In this document: positions 48,789 to 59,812 of the stretch, in pieces
Layout: each line of letters opens with the position of its first letter
How positions within the stretch are numbered: the stretch's first letter is position 1
Origin: Felis catus
Taxonomy: Eukaryota
NCBI RefSeq assembly: GCF_018350175.1
Contig: NC_058382.1
Span: 55,616,001 to 55,680,000 of the forward strand
Direction: 5' to 3'
Length of the DNA stretch: 64,000 nt
The notes under the pieces: model-generated
Databases searched by the model: none
What the model was told of the DNA's origin: nothing
The model's input: only the letters and a program-made list of their open reading frames with translations
Made by a program: the position numbers and the translations under genes

Positions 48789-50084
48789 GACATGACTAAT
48801 TGTGTTTGGCATTAGTAGCTTGGAAATCCATATTGGTAGAGAATACTTCTCAAGGGCAACCTGGATGCTCTCTCTGTGTCACTTGAGGGGTGGGGTCAGG
48901 CAATCTGCATTTTAGCAAGCTTTCCAGGTAATTCTGAGCACCCTGATGTTGGAGAAACCCTGAGCCTTCTGCCTCTTGGAAAAGCCTGCCTGTGGGTGGT
49001 AAAATGAGGAGAAGTACCTCATTTATTCCTGCCCAAACATTTTACTCTTACCACTTTGTTTATGAGAAGAATGGAATTGCATTCCTCTCCCACTGATGGT
49101 CCCATGTGGGACGTCTCTGTCTGGGTCAGCTTGAGGTTGAAGCATTTTCTAAAAGTAATTACAGTTTTCTTCTTCTGCCCTGTGTGCCAACTCTCTCACA
49201 ACTCATCTGTGAGGTACAGGTTTTCCTTTGTTGGGGGAGGGGGATGCAGGACAGTTGAAGAGGCAAATAAAGAGGGAGGTTCAGATCCACAGATGGGACC
49301 ATAGGGAGCCATAGAGCCTTAGAGAGGGTAAGCAGCAGGTTGGGTGTGTGAGGACCAGCAGTCTGCGTGAGCAGGAAGGGGCTAACAGGTACCCCTGTAG
49401 AGTCATTGCGAGGCAGCACTTCCATATTTCAACACACAGGCCGGCTCATAACTCTCTCTTGTCTTGTATTGAGCCAGACACTGTTAGTTTGCTTTTCAAC
49501 TGTGCAGAGATGTACACGGCTGTCTTTTCTGGAGGAAGCTGCTGCTGGTTTTTAGAGAAAAGGTTTGGTCTTTACTTTGATCTGACTTCTGAAAGAATAA
49601 GGCATATTATTTTTTACAGCAAAGGAGACTTCTAAGAACTTTGAGTATTTAAATTTGAAGTCTCCCCTCAGCATGTGAAAGCAATATTAGTGTCAGTTAG
49701 GTGTAATGGATGAGTAGTTAATGTAACAAGAGACAAAAAAAATCTGAAAAAGATCCATATCCAAATGAAAACCCATGTTTGAGCTAAACTACTGCCTTTT
49801 TGCTACTTATTTTTTATTTGATAATGAGCATTAACTACATATGGGCACCGAGAGGCTCTGTAGGTTAAATAAGGCATATGTCTCCCTGAAAATGCATGTA
49901 AATTCAGAGGAGTGCTTAGTCCTTTTCTCTCCTTCAGGACCCTGAAATAGAATGGGGAAGACCGGCATGCATCTACGTGTGTATTATACAAAGTAGAATA
50001 AAATGCCATTTCCCCCTTTATAGCTCATATTGTGTGTCCTCCTCTATTCACACTCACATCGCATTGTAATAATATACTTTCTTA

Positions 50085-50320
50085 AAATTTATAAATTATT
50101 TATCAAGTACCTTACTCTGTGTCCGGCACTGTATTAAGCTCTTCACAGAACATATTTCAGGTGACCCTAACTGCAGTCCTATGAAGTAGGAACTACCGTT
50201 AGTCCTATTTTACAGATGAGGCTCAGAGAGAAGGATCATGCACTTGTCCAGGGTCATGTACTTAGCATGTGGCAGAGGCTGACTGTGCTTGACTCCAAAG
50301 CTGACTGTCTTTAGTCACTA
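50085..50320 (-). mobile_element. MIR
   Basis: ggcactgtattaag...cctatgaagtagg...cctattttacagatgaggctcagagag. Confidence 0.8.
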
Positions 50321-50324
50321 GATT

Positions 50325-50572
50325 CCAGCAGTTCTCAAGTTGTGGTGCATGGAACTGGGGTTTGGGGGGAGGGGAGTTCCCTTGAGATGCTTTCAGAAGC
50401 AGCCCATGAAGTCAAAACTTTTTCATAATAATATCAATTCATAACTTGTCTTGATATTTGTACTGTTGGAGTAAAAGCAGTGGTGATGCATTAACTCCTT
50501 GATCCAGTATGTTCCAAATGCCCAATGTATGATGTAACAAAGTCATGCACCGGTAGAGATCCATTCAAAGTT
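50325..50572. mobile_element. hAT-Charlie (Charlie1-like) fragment
   Basis: cagcagttctcaagttgtggt...ccatgaagtcaaaactttttcataataata...agatccattcaaagt. Confidence 0.55.
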
Positions 50573-50599
50573 TATTTTTTGTGTTTTTAATGGAATGGT

Positions 50600-50960
50600 T
50601 TTAGGCAATACACTGAACTCCCCTGGCCTTATGTATCCCAGCTAGGAAGTGCTAGAACAAAAGCATCTACCTGTAGGGCTGCCTGCAGGATTAAAGGACG
50701 CAGAGCAGGTAGGGGGAGAGCACACGGCCTGACGCAGCGTATGAGCTCAAGAACTGTTCCTCATCATTGCGGCTGCACTTCGATCAGCATCGCGTCCTGG
50801 GCACTTTCTGAGCGCCACGCCCTGGAGCCTTTTCCAGGGTTCAGTGGGACAGGCACCGTGAGGCCCGCTTCACAGATGAGAAAACTGGGCTTTGGAAGTA
50901 GGGAATCATGATACAGATGTAGACCTATGGGGTTTATCTTTTGTCTCTGCACCCTACCAC
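50600..50960. mobile_element. Two MIR fragments in inverted (tail-to-tail) orientation
   Basis: Plus: tctacctgtagggctgcctgcaggattaaa...cctgacgcagcgtatgagctcaa; minus: cccgcttcacagatgagaaaactgggc. Confidence 0.6.
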
Positions 50961-52284
50961 ACGGTGGGCTCCCTCTTTTGTTTTACGCAGTACTGTTTGT
51001 GATTTAATAATTGACTGTGGCCTAAGGAACTTGAGAGCCAGAGGAAGGCTGCTTTTTATTTTGCCGTTAAGAACCCATCTCATAGCACTGAAGACCCAAC
51101 AAGATCGTGTGTGAAAAGACTATGCAGAACTTGAACGCACTCTTCAAAATATTTGTTGTTTTTTTATTTGTGTAGGCCCCATCATGTTCCAGAAAGGGAT
51201 GTGAAGTAGCCTATTAGCTGTCATTAGGGTGATGATGATTAATGATTATAATAACAAGACAGGCGTAATTGGTTCAAATTGTGCCTTTTGAAATGGCCTC
51301 CATGGAGGCCAAGCGGTGGGGAGGGAGGCAGCAGCCTCTGCCTCAGGGAGCTGAAAAGATGGGCCTAATTGGTTAAAAGCAGCTTTGCTAATTGCTTTGG
51401 CAAGAGCCTGAGAGAAAGCTCTGGTATGATTATACATGAACCGGGGTCCCTCGAAGGCCTGTGATTTCAGGCTAGATCTGTTCCTCAAAACACAAGCAGA
51501 AAAGAGAACAGATGTTCAGCCACTTGACAGAAATTTAATAAGACACTTAGAAAAATTACCATGTTCACTTTGCCCCTCCTGACCTCTGGGCTGGAAGCCG
51601 GAAGAAGGCCTGTTTCAGGCGGCTGATGTTCTGAGCTGGGACCGAAAGGGGCACGTGCTATATACTTTTCCATTTATCTGAGATCCTGCTGTTTTCTGCC
51701 CCACCCCCTCCATCCAAAGGGTTTTCAGTGTTTGGAGGAGAAGGAAGACGCTTGATTATAAGCAACAGATGTGCTCTAAATTTCTTTTGAGGGTAGGCAG
51801 GCTGTGACTGAGTTATTGAAATATTTGGGGTACCAAGGAGTAATGTCAAGCCAGCTCATAGCCCAGTGTGGTAAATCTCCGTGGCATGAGCGGGGCCATT
51901 CAGGAGGGACAGAAGCCCAAAGATAAGATTTTTCTGAAAAGAAATTCCCCTGTAAACCGTGTTAGTCACAACACAGGGACTGGCAGTTAGAGTGTACTGT
52001 GGGACTCTGCTCCAGTCGGGGGAGGCCAGGGAGGCCTCCAGTAGCTCTAGGAAGTCGAGAGTGACCACCCAGCTTCAAAGCTGACTGAACAATTTGTTGG
52101 TTATATACTCATGCAAATCACCTCACCTAACCTGAGCCTCAGTATGCCCAGTTCTAAACTCATGCCTCTAAGGGCAAGGACATGGGCAGAGTTTATAAGG
52201 AAGGCAAGCTGAAGGTGGGCAGGGGGATTTGTGTGTTTCCAGCAGATGCTTGGGATGGTGACCAGTGGTTCAAGGTGTTCTAGG

Positions 52285-52600
52285 CTAATTCATTTACAAG
52301 TCCATGCAGATCTGTGCCCCCGCTTTGGGCCAGGTGCTGTGCTAAGTGTGGGAAATTCATAGTGGAGAGCCAGAAGTACAGCCTGCATTCTCCTGGAGCT
52401 TACAGTTTAGAGGGGGAGATGTTGTAGAGATGTTCTTCCAAAAACCCAGGGAAGATATAAAAATAAATTGTGTTAATTGCTGGGAAAGAACAGGGCTGGG
52501 AGTAGCTATGAGGGGCCAGGTGTAATGGGGCCTCTGAGCTAGTTGGGAGGAAGTGGAGGCCAAGGAAGGCGTGTGCTGAACAAGGGGCATTTGAATGGAG
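52285..52600 (-). mobile_element. L2 3' end
   Basis: attcatttacaag...gccaggtgctgtgctaagtg...cctggagcttacagtttag. Confidence 0.7.
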
Positions 52601-53353
52601 AGCTAAAGGAGGAGAAGGAGTTGATGAGATTGGGATGCGGTGGAGTGGAGGCAGATGTGCAGGAGTGCGTGGGCTGATCTGAGGTGTGTGCCCTCATCTC
52701 TGAGTGTGCGGTACTGTTCCTCCATGTCCATGGCAGGGGGGTTGCCTCCTCTCCAGCCCCCCAAAAGATAACCAGTCTGTCTGCTCCAGTTCTGTGGAGC
52801 ATGAGGCCACAGACATGTGTATGTTGGTCCACAAAGTGTTTTGATGTTTTTGTTTTGTTTTGTTTTTGGAAGTGTTGCCACCATATATCTTTGGGAAAGT
52901 CACGTAGAATTTTGGAGTCCTAATTTCTCTTGGGAAACCAGGTCTGGCAATACTGGCTTTCGTCTCTTCATGACAACGCCCAAGAGTTGCTGTGTAGCAG
53001 CTTTTGAATGCAAAATACAAACACCCCATAGGCCCCTTCTCCTTGGACACTTCTTTCCTGGCCCTTGCAGGTGCTTGAGTTTGAGACCCCTGATCTCTGC
53101 TCTGTTGAAGATGGTCAAACGGGACCAACAGTAACATACCTTGTTGGTTCTTCCGAGGAGATTGTTTCAAATTAATGTCCTGACACCCAATTTTTACCTT
53201 CCTTCCTGGGAATCTCTCCATGGAAGGATTCTCTTCAAATGGGAGACACCTGGATGGCTGTTAAGTGGCTTTCCTTTATTCTACCTCTTTCTCCTTTCCA
53301 TATCTTTAAAAAATAGCAACGGAACCCTTTTGGCAAAGAGTATCTTATGCAAT

Positions 53354-53546
53354 GGGGTGTCTGGGTGGCTCAGTCCGTTAAGCATCTGACTTCGGCTCAG
53401 GTCATGATCTCACGCGTTGGGCTCTGTGCTGACAACTCAGAGCCTGGAGCCTGCTTCAGATTCTGTGTCTCCCTCTCTCTCTGCCCCTCCCCTGCTCTCA
53501 CGCTATCTTTCTCAAAAATAAATAAACATTAAAAAATTTTTTTTAA
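53354..53546 (+). mobile_element. Can-SINE with B-box deletion
   Basis: Perfect TSD aaagagtatcttatgcaa (53335-53352 / 53547-53564). Confidence 0.95.
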
Positions 53547-54639
53547 AAAGAGTATCTTATGCAAAACCCCAGCGTAAGATACAGATCAAAGCAAGTTTGC
53601 TCAAACTGAACTTGGTGTGTCTACCCTGGAACGCTGGCTGCTTGACTTTCTCTCATTCTCCTCCCCAGGGTAGCTCTGGGGCATCTCTAGGGACACCCAG
53701 GCTTCCCCAGAATACAGTTGAGAATCCCTACTTAAATGCTGAGGGAGAGGCTGCTGCCTGTTGGAAAACCAGGGCATAGAGATAAAAAAAAAAAAAATAC
53801 AAGACAAAGGTACTGTTGGTTCCTCAGCTTGTAATTTGGAGCCAGCCTGAAATTGGACGACATGTAAAAGGCAAATCTCGATCTCTATTCACCTATCTTC
53901 CCCAGACCCAGACCCCCCACAGCAGGGATTTCCAGACAGCTCAGGTAGCAGCTGGTGAATATTAGAGTCACTGCTGCAAGGTGCAAGGTCTGCTTTGTGA
54001 CTTTGTGACTTGCAGGGGACCTGGAACCGCACCCTCCTCAGGAGTGTGTGAAGTGTGTGACTTTCTGTGGCATGCAGTATCGAAAAGCAGTCACTGTCCT
54101 GCTGCAGCTTTGAAGCAGAGGCTGGCCCTCCTTTGCCTGGAGAGATGCTGGTACACAGAACTCTGTGACTGGAGCTTTGGCCGCACTCTGCAGGAAGTGC
54201 CCTGAGTATTGCCAGCAACGAGAGGGAGGTTTCTGAGCTTCCTCAGCTCAGCCCAGCAGCTGTACTGTCACGTTATTACAGATGCTTGTCACTGAAGCAT
54301 CACTGTCTGCAACCTTGACATGCACCATTTCAGATTCATTTTTCAAAATTGGTTTGAAAGCCCAGGGCCCGTCCCATCCATTAGGGGAACTCCTCTGTGA
54401 CAGCTGCTAGGGGTGAGGAAGGTGGTGGAGAACTGCATGTGCCCTGCTGGTTCCCAGGAGACATGTGCAGAAAGGCACAGGCTGGCGCTGGGGTAAAGCC
54501 TCAACGGAGGTTTGCAGGCAGTTTCTTCTTTCCCAGAGGAGGGCATCATGCTTCTCCAGGGCTGCTTGGCCCCTACCTGCAGACCCCCACAAGGACCAGC
54601 TTCTTCAGATCTGATTCTTCATCTGTCCACGCTGTATGC

Positions 54640-54880
54640 TCTTAGGCAAGCTTCTCAGCTTCTTTGGGTTTCTGTCTCCTCATCTCTATAAAGAAACAAT
54701 ATAATCTATCTCACAACCTCATCTACAGAATAGAAGTCATATTACCCACCTCACAATCTCATCTGTTTGATAGAAACCATGTACCCACCTCTCAATATCA
54801 GCTGTATAATAGAAATAATAATACCCTAAATACCCAATTTTGTTGTGAGAATTAGAAATAATACACCTAAAGTGCCAAGC
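54640..54880 (+). repeat. MIR whose core is tandemly repeated 4 times (~39-40 bp unit)
   Basis: Units start at 54678, 54717, 54757, 54796, each ~ctcatctg....atagaaa..at..tacccacctcacaa. Confidence 0.8.
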
Positions 54881-54889
54881 AGTCCATTT

Positions 54890-55115
54890 ATGTATTAAAA
54901 AATTTTAAATGTTTATTTATTTTGAGAGAGAAAGAGAGAGAGTGAGCACAAAGAGGGGAGGGGCAAAGAGAGAGGGAGAGAGGGAGATTCCCAAGCAGGC
55001 TCTGTGCTGTCAGCCTGGAGCTGGATGCAGGGCTTGAACTCACACACCATGAGATCATGACCTGAGCTGAAATCAAGAGTCAGAGGCTTGACTGACTAAG
55101 CCAACCAGGTGCCCC
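54890..55115 (-). mobile_element. Can-SINE
   Basis: Full body; ccaagca...ttta on both flanks. Confidence 0.94.
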
Positions 55116-56282
55116 CAAGCAAGACGTTTAATACATAATAGGGACAGGAACTCTTAGCTTTCTAGAGACTGGAAGCTTCACACTGTTGAGCCTCCAGGTA
55201 TGTTTAATAAAATGAAGAAATTTCAAAGTTGTTACAAAAGTGCTACATTTTAAATGTTTACTTTGAACAGATGAATGCCTTTAATAAACATACAAGAATA
55301 GAAGGACCATGTAAATAGCCTCATTCAGGGTGACCTCAAAAGTGTAAATCCATGCTCTTAAAGAGATGGGGTCTGGGCCAAATGTGCCACCCCCCCCATG
55401 TCCATTAATAAAGTAGGCCCTTAATAAATGATAGTCATGATGGCATGATACAATGATATTACATCTATCCCTTGAGATTATAAACAATGTTTTGTCTCCA
55501 TCTGCCTATAATTCAGGTGAGTCTTTCTCAGCTTTAAAGCACTTTGTAGTGGCCCAGCGGGCTGTGCTGGGGGAAGCTGGGTGGGGCAGGCTGTAGCTTT
55601 TGGCTGCTGCTGAGAGCTTCGGTGCCCTGAATGGGACCCACATGTGTGGTTGTGGAATTTTTTTGTACTGAGTGATACAGGTTGACCCACAGACCAGATT
55701 CAGTTTGTGCTCTAGAGGGTGGGATGGTTTGGGGTCAGGAAATTCCTGCTGCCTACAAAATGGCTGGGGGGGGCTAGATGGGGTCAGGGTGAGAGTCTTT
55801 CAGCTGTTGCCTTGGCAACAGGGCAGCTCCCTCAGGGACATCCAGCCACATTTCAGGGACTGGCCTTGCTATAAAACAGCCTTCTCCTTACCTGAACTAG
55901 TAATCCTATGATTTGCCATTAGTGAGTGTGCACATGCCTTTTTGAGGAGAAGGGACTTAACATTCTTGGATTTTGCTGAGTTAGAATATCCAAATCTCCA
56001 AATACTGACCCTAAAGGAGGAGTCAGTGTCTTATCACAGACCTAGGAGAACATAAAAGCACCTCCTTGTTCTTATTCAACGACCAGAGTCTGTCCTGAGC
56101 CAGGCTGGAAAAAACAACTGTTCCAAAGACAACAGGGCTACGCTGACGTGTGAATTCTCAGACCTCCTGAAGTTTGGGAATCAACCCTCATTGCCAGAGG
56201 CTGGTGGTCATCCTTCTAAACTAAAAGTGAGAATTGTAATTTAGCTAATATTTGGATACTCATGAGGATAACAGGGATGGGT

Positions 56283-56474
56283 CATTCATTCATTCATTCA
56301 TTCATTTATGAGAAAGAGTGTGAGCGGGGGAGAGGAGGGTAGAGGGAGAGAGAGAATCTTAAGCAGGCTCCAGCATTGAGCCCGATGTGGAGCTTGATCC
56401 TATGACCCTGGGATCATGACCTGAACTGAAATCAGAAGTCAAATTTTCAATGGACTGAGCCACCCAGGTGCCCC
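56283..56474 (-). mobile_element. Can-SINE with (CATT)n tail
   Basis: Body ...gagccacccaggtgcccc; gggatggg on both flanks. Confidence 0.92.
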
Positions 56475-57231
56475 TGGGATGGGGTATTTTAAAATGGAGG
56501 CCTCTTGAGAAAATCCAGGACCCATGACCACATGTAGAAGTGAGTGCTCAGAGCCCGTCTATCTGATGTTTGGGCTACCAGCAAAGAGTATGCTTTTTAA
56601 GAGTTAATTTTGGGACCACTCAGTACTTTGTAATCACTCCTTGGACACATCTAGAATTTACCGGTATAATCAAATGGAACTTACTACAAAGTTAATTTGA
56701 GATTATATTTAGTGATACGCTTTAACATTGTTGTAGTGAGTGGTAATTAGGAATAAAATGAGAAACAATTCCCATAAAAGATTGTGATTAGCATTGATTA
56801 TGCAGACGACCTGAGCTTTTCTACTAGCACCTTGTTGCTTCTTCCTTCTCACTAATTAGCATGAGTTTTGCCTTCTCCCTTGCTCTGAAACACAGATTCT
56901 AGTTCTAATTCCATGCCCAGGTTCCCTTGCCCTGTCACTCCCCACCAGTGGCTCTAGATTGAGGATCAGAATATTACTTTTGATGCCCATCTGGCCAGAC
57001 CCCTCCTTGGTTCCCTACTTCTAGAGTGCTTTAAGTTCTCGTCTCTGCCCCTTGTAGCTCTGAGTGGCAGATAGAGCAGGGAAGACTTCCAGGGGAAGGC
57101 AGCCAGTGATCCTGGTGTTGGTGAGGGGTGAGAGGTGTCCTGAGACCAAGTCTGGGGGAGGAGAGGTTAGATTAGGGGAGGAAGAGCAGCAGCCATCAGT
57201 TGAGGGGCTTCCTGCAGAAAACATCAAGTGT

Positions 57232-57449
57232 GGGGCGCCTGGGTGGCTCAGTCGGTTGGGCGACCGACTTTGGCTCAGGTCATGATCTCGCAGTCTGTGA
57301 GTTCAAGCCCCGCATCGGGCTCTGTGCTGACAGCTCAGAGCCTGGAGCCTGTTTCAGATTCTGTGTCTCCCTCTCTCTCTGACCCTCCCCCGTTCATGCT
57401 CTGTCTCTCTCTGTCTCAAAAATAAATAAACATAAAAAAAAAAAAAAAA
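57232..57449 (+). mobile_element. Can-SINE
   Basis: Perfect TSD agaaaacatcaagtg (57216-57230 / 57450-57464). Confidence 0.96.
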
Positions 57450-58143
57450 AGAAAACATCAAGTGCATAGTCTCTTCACCATGCCATTCACAGTCCAGGCC
57501 AGTTAGGGATGCAGCATCAGCTAACAGCCCTATATCCCTCTGTCTGCAAGCCTCTCCACTTCTTATTTCGTACAGCCTGGTAATCCCAACTGGAGACAGG
57601 CATTACATTGAATGCTCAGGGAGTTCAGACTTATGTTCTGAAAACTGAGATTGTCCACATGCTGATGTGAAGAGTTTTAGGCTCCAGACTGATTGCCACA
57701 TCAGCTCCTTGTGCTTTTGGGTCAAGGTAAGGGCTAGAGAGCAGAGGAATGCTGAGTGTCTGAAGGGGTAGGGGGAGTTAGGGTGGGGGATGCTGAGTGG
57801 AGGAGTGAGCCAGAAGGAAGAGGCCTGGAGGTAGTGAAGACAGAATGCTGAAGTCTGCAGATTTTATCCCGCAAGGATGCCAATGTGCTGTGTTTGCCTT
57901 GTCCAGCTTGACCACTGAGCAACTATAACTGAGGCCAGGCCCTTGGGCTGCCTGTATGGCTCTCCCAGGCTATAGTGTCTTTCTGGAAAGCAGTTCTGGC
58001 CCCTTCCGTCTGACATGGGTAGTGAAAAGGTTTGGGGTGGTGTCAGTGGGAGTAGGTGGTATGATTCCTCTACCTCAGAGGTAAGAAGCAACCCACACTG
58101 GAATACTGCTCCCATCTATCCTTTAGATCTGTCTTCCACTTTA

Positions 58144-58365
58144 GGGGCACTTGGGTGCCTTAGTCAGTTGAGCATCCAACTTCGGCTCAGGTCATGATCT
58201 GACAGTTGGTGAGTTCGAACCCTGCATGGGGCTCTGTGCTGATAGCTCAGAGCCTGGAACCTCCTTCAGATTCTGCAACTCCCTCTCTCTCTCTCTGCCC
58301 CTCCCCCGCTCACTCTCTCTTTCTGTCTCTCAAAAATAAATAAAAATGTTAAAAAAAACAATTTT
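58144..58365 (+). mobile_element. Can-SINE
   Basis: TSD atctgtctt(c/g)cactt. Confidence 0.95.
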
Positions 58366-58389
58366 AAATCTGTCTTGCACTTGAGCTCT

Positions 58390-58923
58390 GAAAATGCAAA
58401 TGAGATCACACAGTGCCCAGAGAGGACCATCTGATGGTTTGTTGGTTTCCCAGTCCTATTAGAATCAAATCATAGCTCCTTCTTTCAAAATGCTGTCTGA
58501 TCTGGTCCTTGCTTCTCTTTTGATGTCATCTGCTGTCCACCACTTCATTTGTCCATGCATCCGTCCTTCCTTCCACTCACTCATCCATGCATGCATCCAT
58601 CCATCCATCTGCTTTGACTCAGACACAGTTGCTTTCTTGCTATGCCTTAAGTGCCTTTAGTTCATTCCTTCTCTGCATTGCTGTTCCTTCTGCCGGAATA
58701 CTCTTTTCCTCATACCCACACAGCTCACTTGTTCTCTTCCTTTATCTGGCTCTCAGTTCTAATGTCACTTTCTTCAAGAGAACTCTCCCGCATCATCCAG
58801 GATTGTGCCTGGAAGAGGGTCTTGGGGGGCTTCTAAAGTATGGTCTTCCATTTCTTGATATGAATGCTTGTAACATTTTTGTGTTCAGCATGTTAACATT
58901 CAGTCAACCATAAACGAATACAC

Positions 58924-58964
<41 letters not shown>

Positions 58965-59212
58965 GCTTCAACAGAAACATAAATCCCCTCACGCCTGTCT
59001 CATTCTTCTTACTTTTGCTTTATTTTTATTCATGGTCCTTATCAATGCCTGACATTGTCTTAAGTCCTTGTTTGCATTGTCTGTCATTCCCACACCATGT
59101 GTAAATTACATGAGGCTAGAGGCTCAATCTAGTGTCCTGTTTTATACCCAGTGCTTAGCCAAGTGGCTGGCATTGTAGGAGGAAACCAATCATTGTTGAA
59201 TGAATGCATGAG
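58390..59212 (+). mobile_element. L2 3' fragment
   Basis: tagaatcaaatc...tgctgttccttctgcc...ctcagttctaatgtcact...ccagtgcttag...ttgttgaatgaatg. Confidence 0.75.
58927..58960. repeat. (TG)n microsatellite
   Basis: About 17 TG units. Confidence 0.97.
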
Positions 59213-59602
59213 TAACTTGTTGGATACCTTAAGCAACTAGAAGGTATAACAGAAGCTGGGAGCAGGCCATCTCACTCATCTGGCACTTTAAGTTATAAGG
59301 GTCTGAGACAGGCTTTAGCTTCCAGCAGATCTCTTCTTTCCTCTTGGAACCTTCTGTCCCCATCAGACCTGCAATCCTGACTTCGTGACTCAGAGCCTTG
59401 TTCCTTTCCTCTAGTTGCCTCTCAGTCCACTGGTCTCTTATGTGAACCTTTTCATCAAGGACGGAGCTTAGAGCATCCATGGCACCCAGGTCAGTTGCCA
59501 AATAATAAAATGTCTTGGCCAATGGGTCATTCCCCCGAAACTCATCTTCATCCACAGTGAATGTAGTAAGTAAGAATACCAGCTTTGAGGTCCAGAAACC
59601 TG

Positions 59603-59812
59603 TTTTTTTTTTTTAAGTTTATTTATTTATTTTGAGAGAGAGAGAGAGAGAGCATGAGCAGAAGGGCAGAGAAGGAGAGAGAGAATCCCAAGCAAGCTCT
59701 GCGCTGTCAGCACGGAGCCCAATGTAGGGCTTGAGCTCACTAACTGTGAGATCATGACCTGAGCCAAAATCAAGAGTCGGTCGCTTAACCAACTGAGCCA
59801 CCCAGGCACCCC
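59603..59812 (-). mobile_element. Can-SINE inserted in a MIR (MIR ~59560-60030, +)
   Basis: TSD ccagaaacctg; MIR core gcctcagttcctcatttggataatggg downstream. Confidence 0.94.

Noticed and set aside
49500..49570. Possible short first coding exon (MYTAVFSGGSCCWFLEK, AAG|GTTTGG)
   Set aside because: Weak donor, unrecognised peptide, no promoter evidence
54678..54830. CRISPR-like array interpretation of the ~39-bp periodicity
   Set aside because: Head-to-tail degenerate units with no spacers, MIR-derived, in a mammalian genome
59229..59555. 108-aa minus-strand ORF with protein-like composition (MDEDEFRGNDPL...)
   Set aside because: GTG start, no recognisable family or splice context; lies between L2 and MIR and part resembles a MIR 5' end, so most likely a chance ORF
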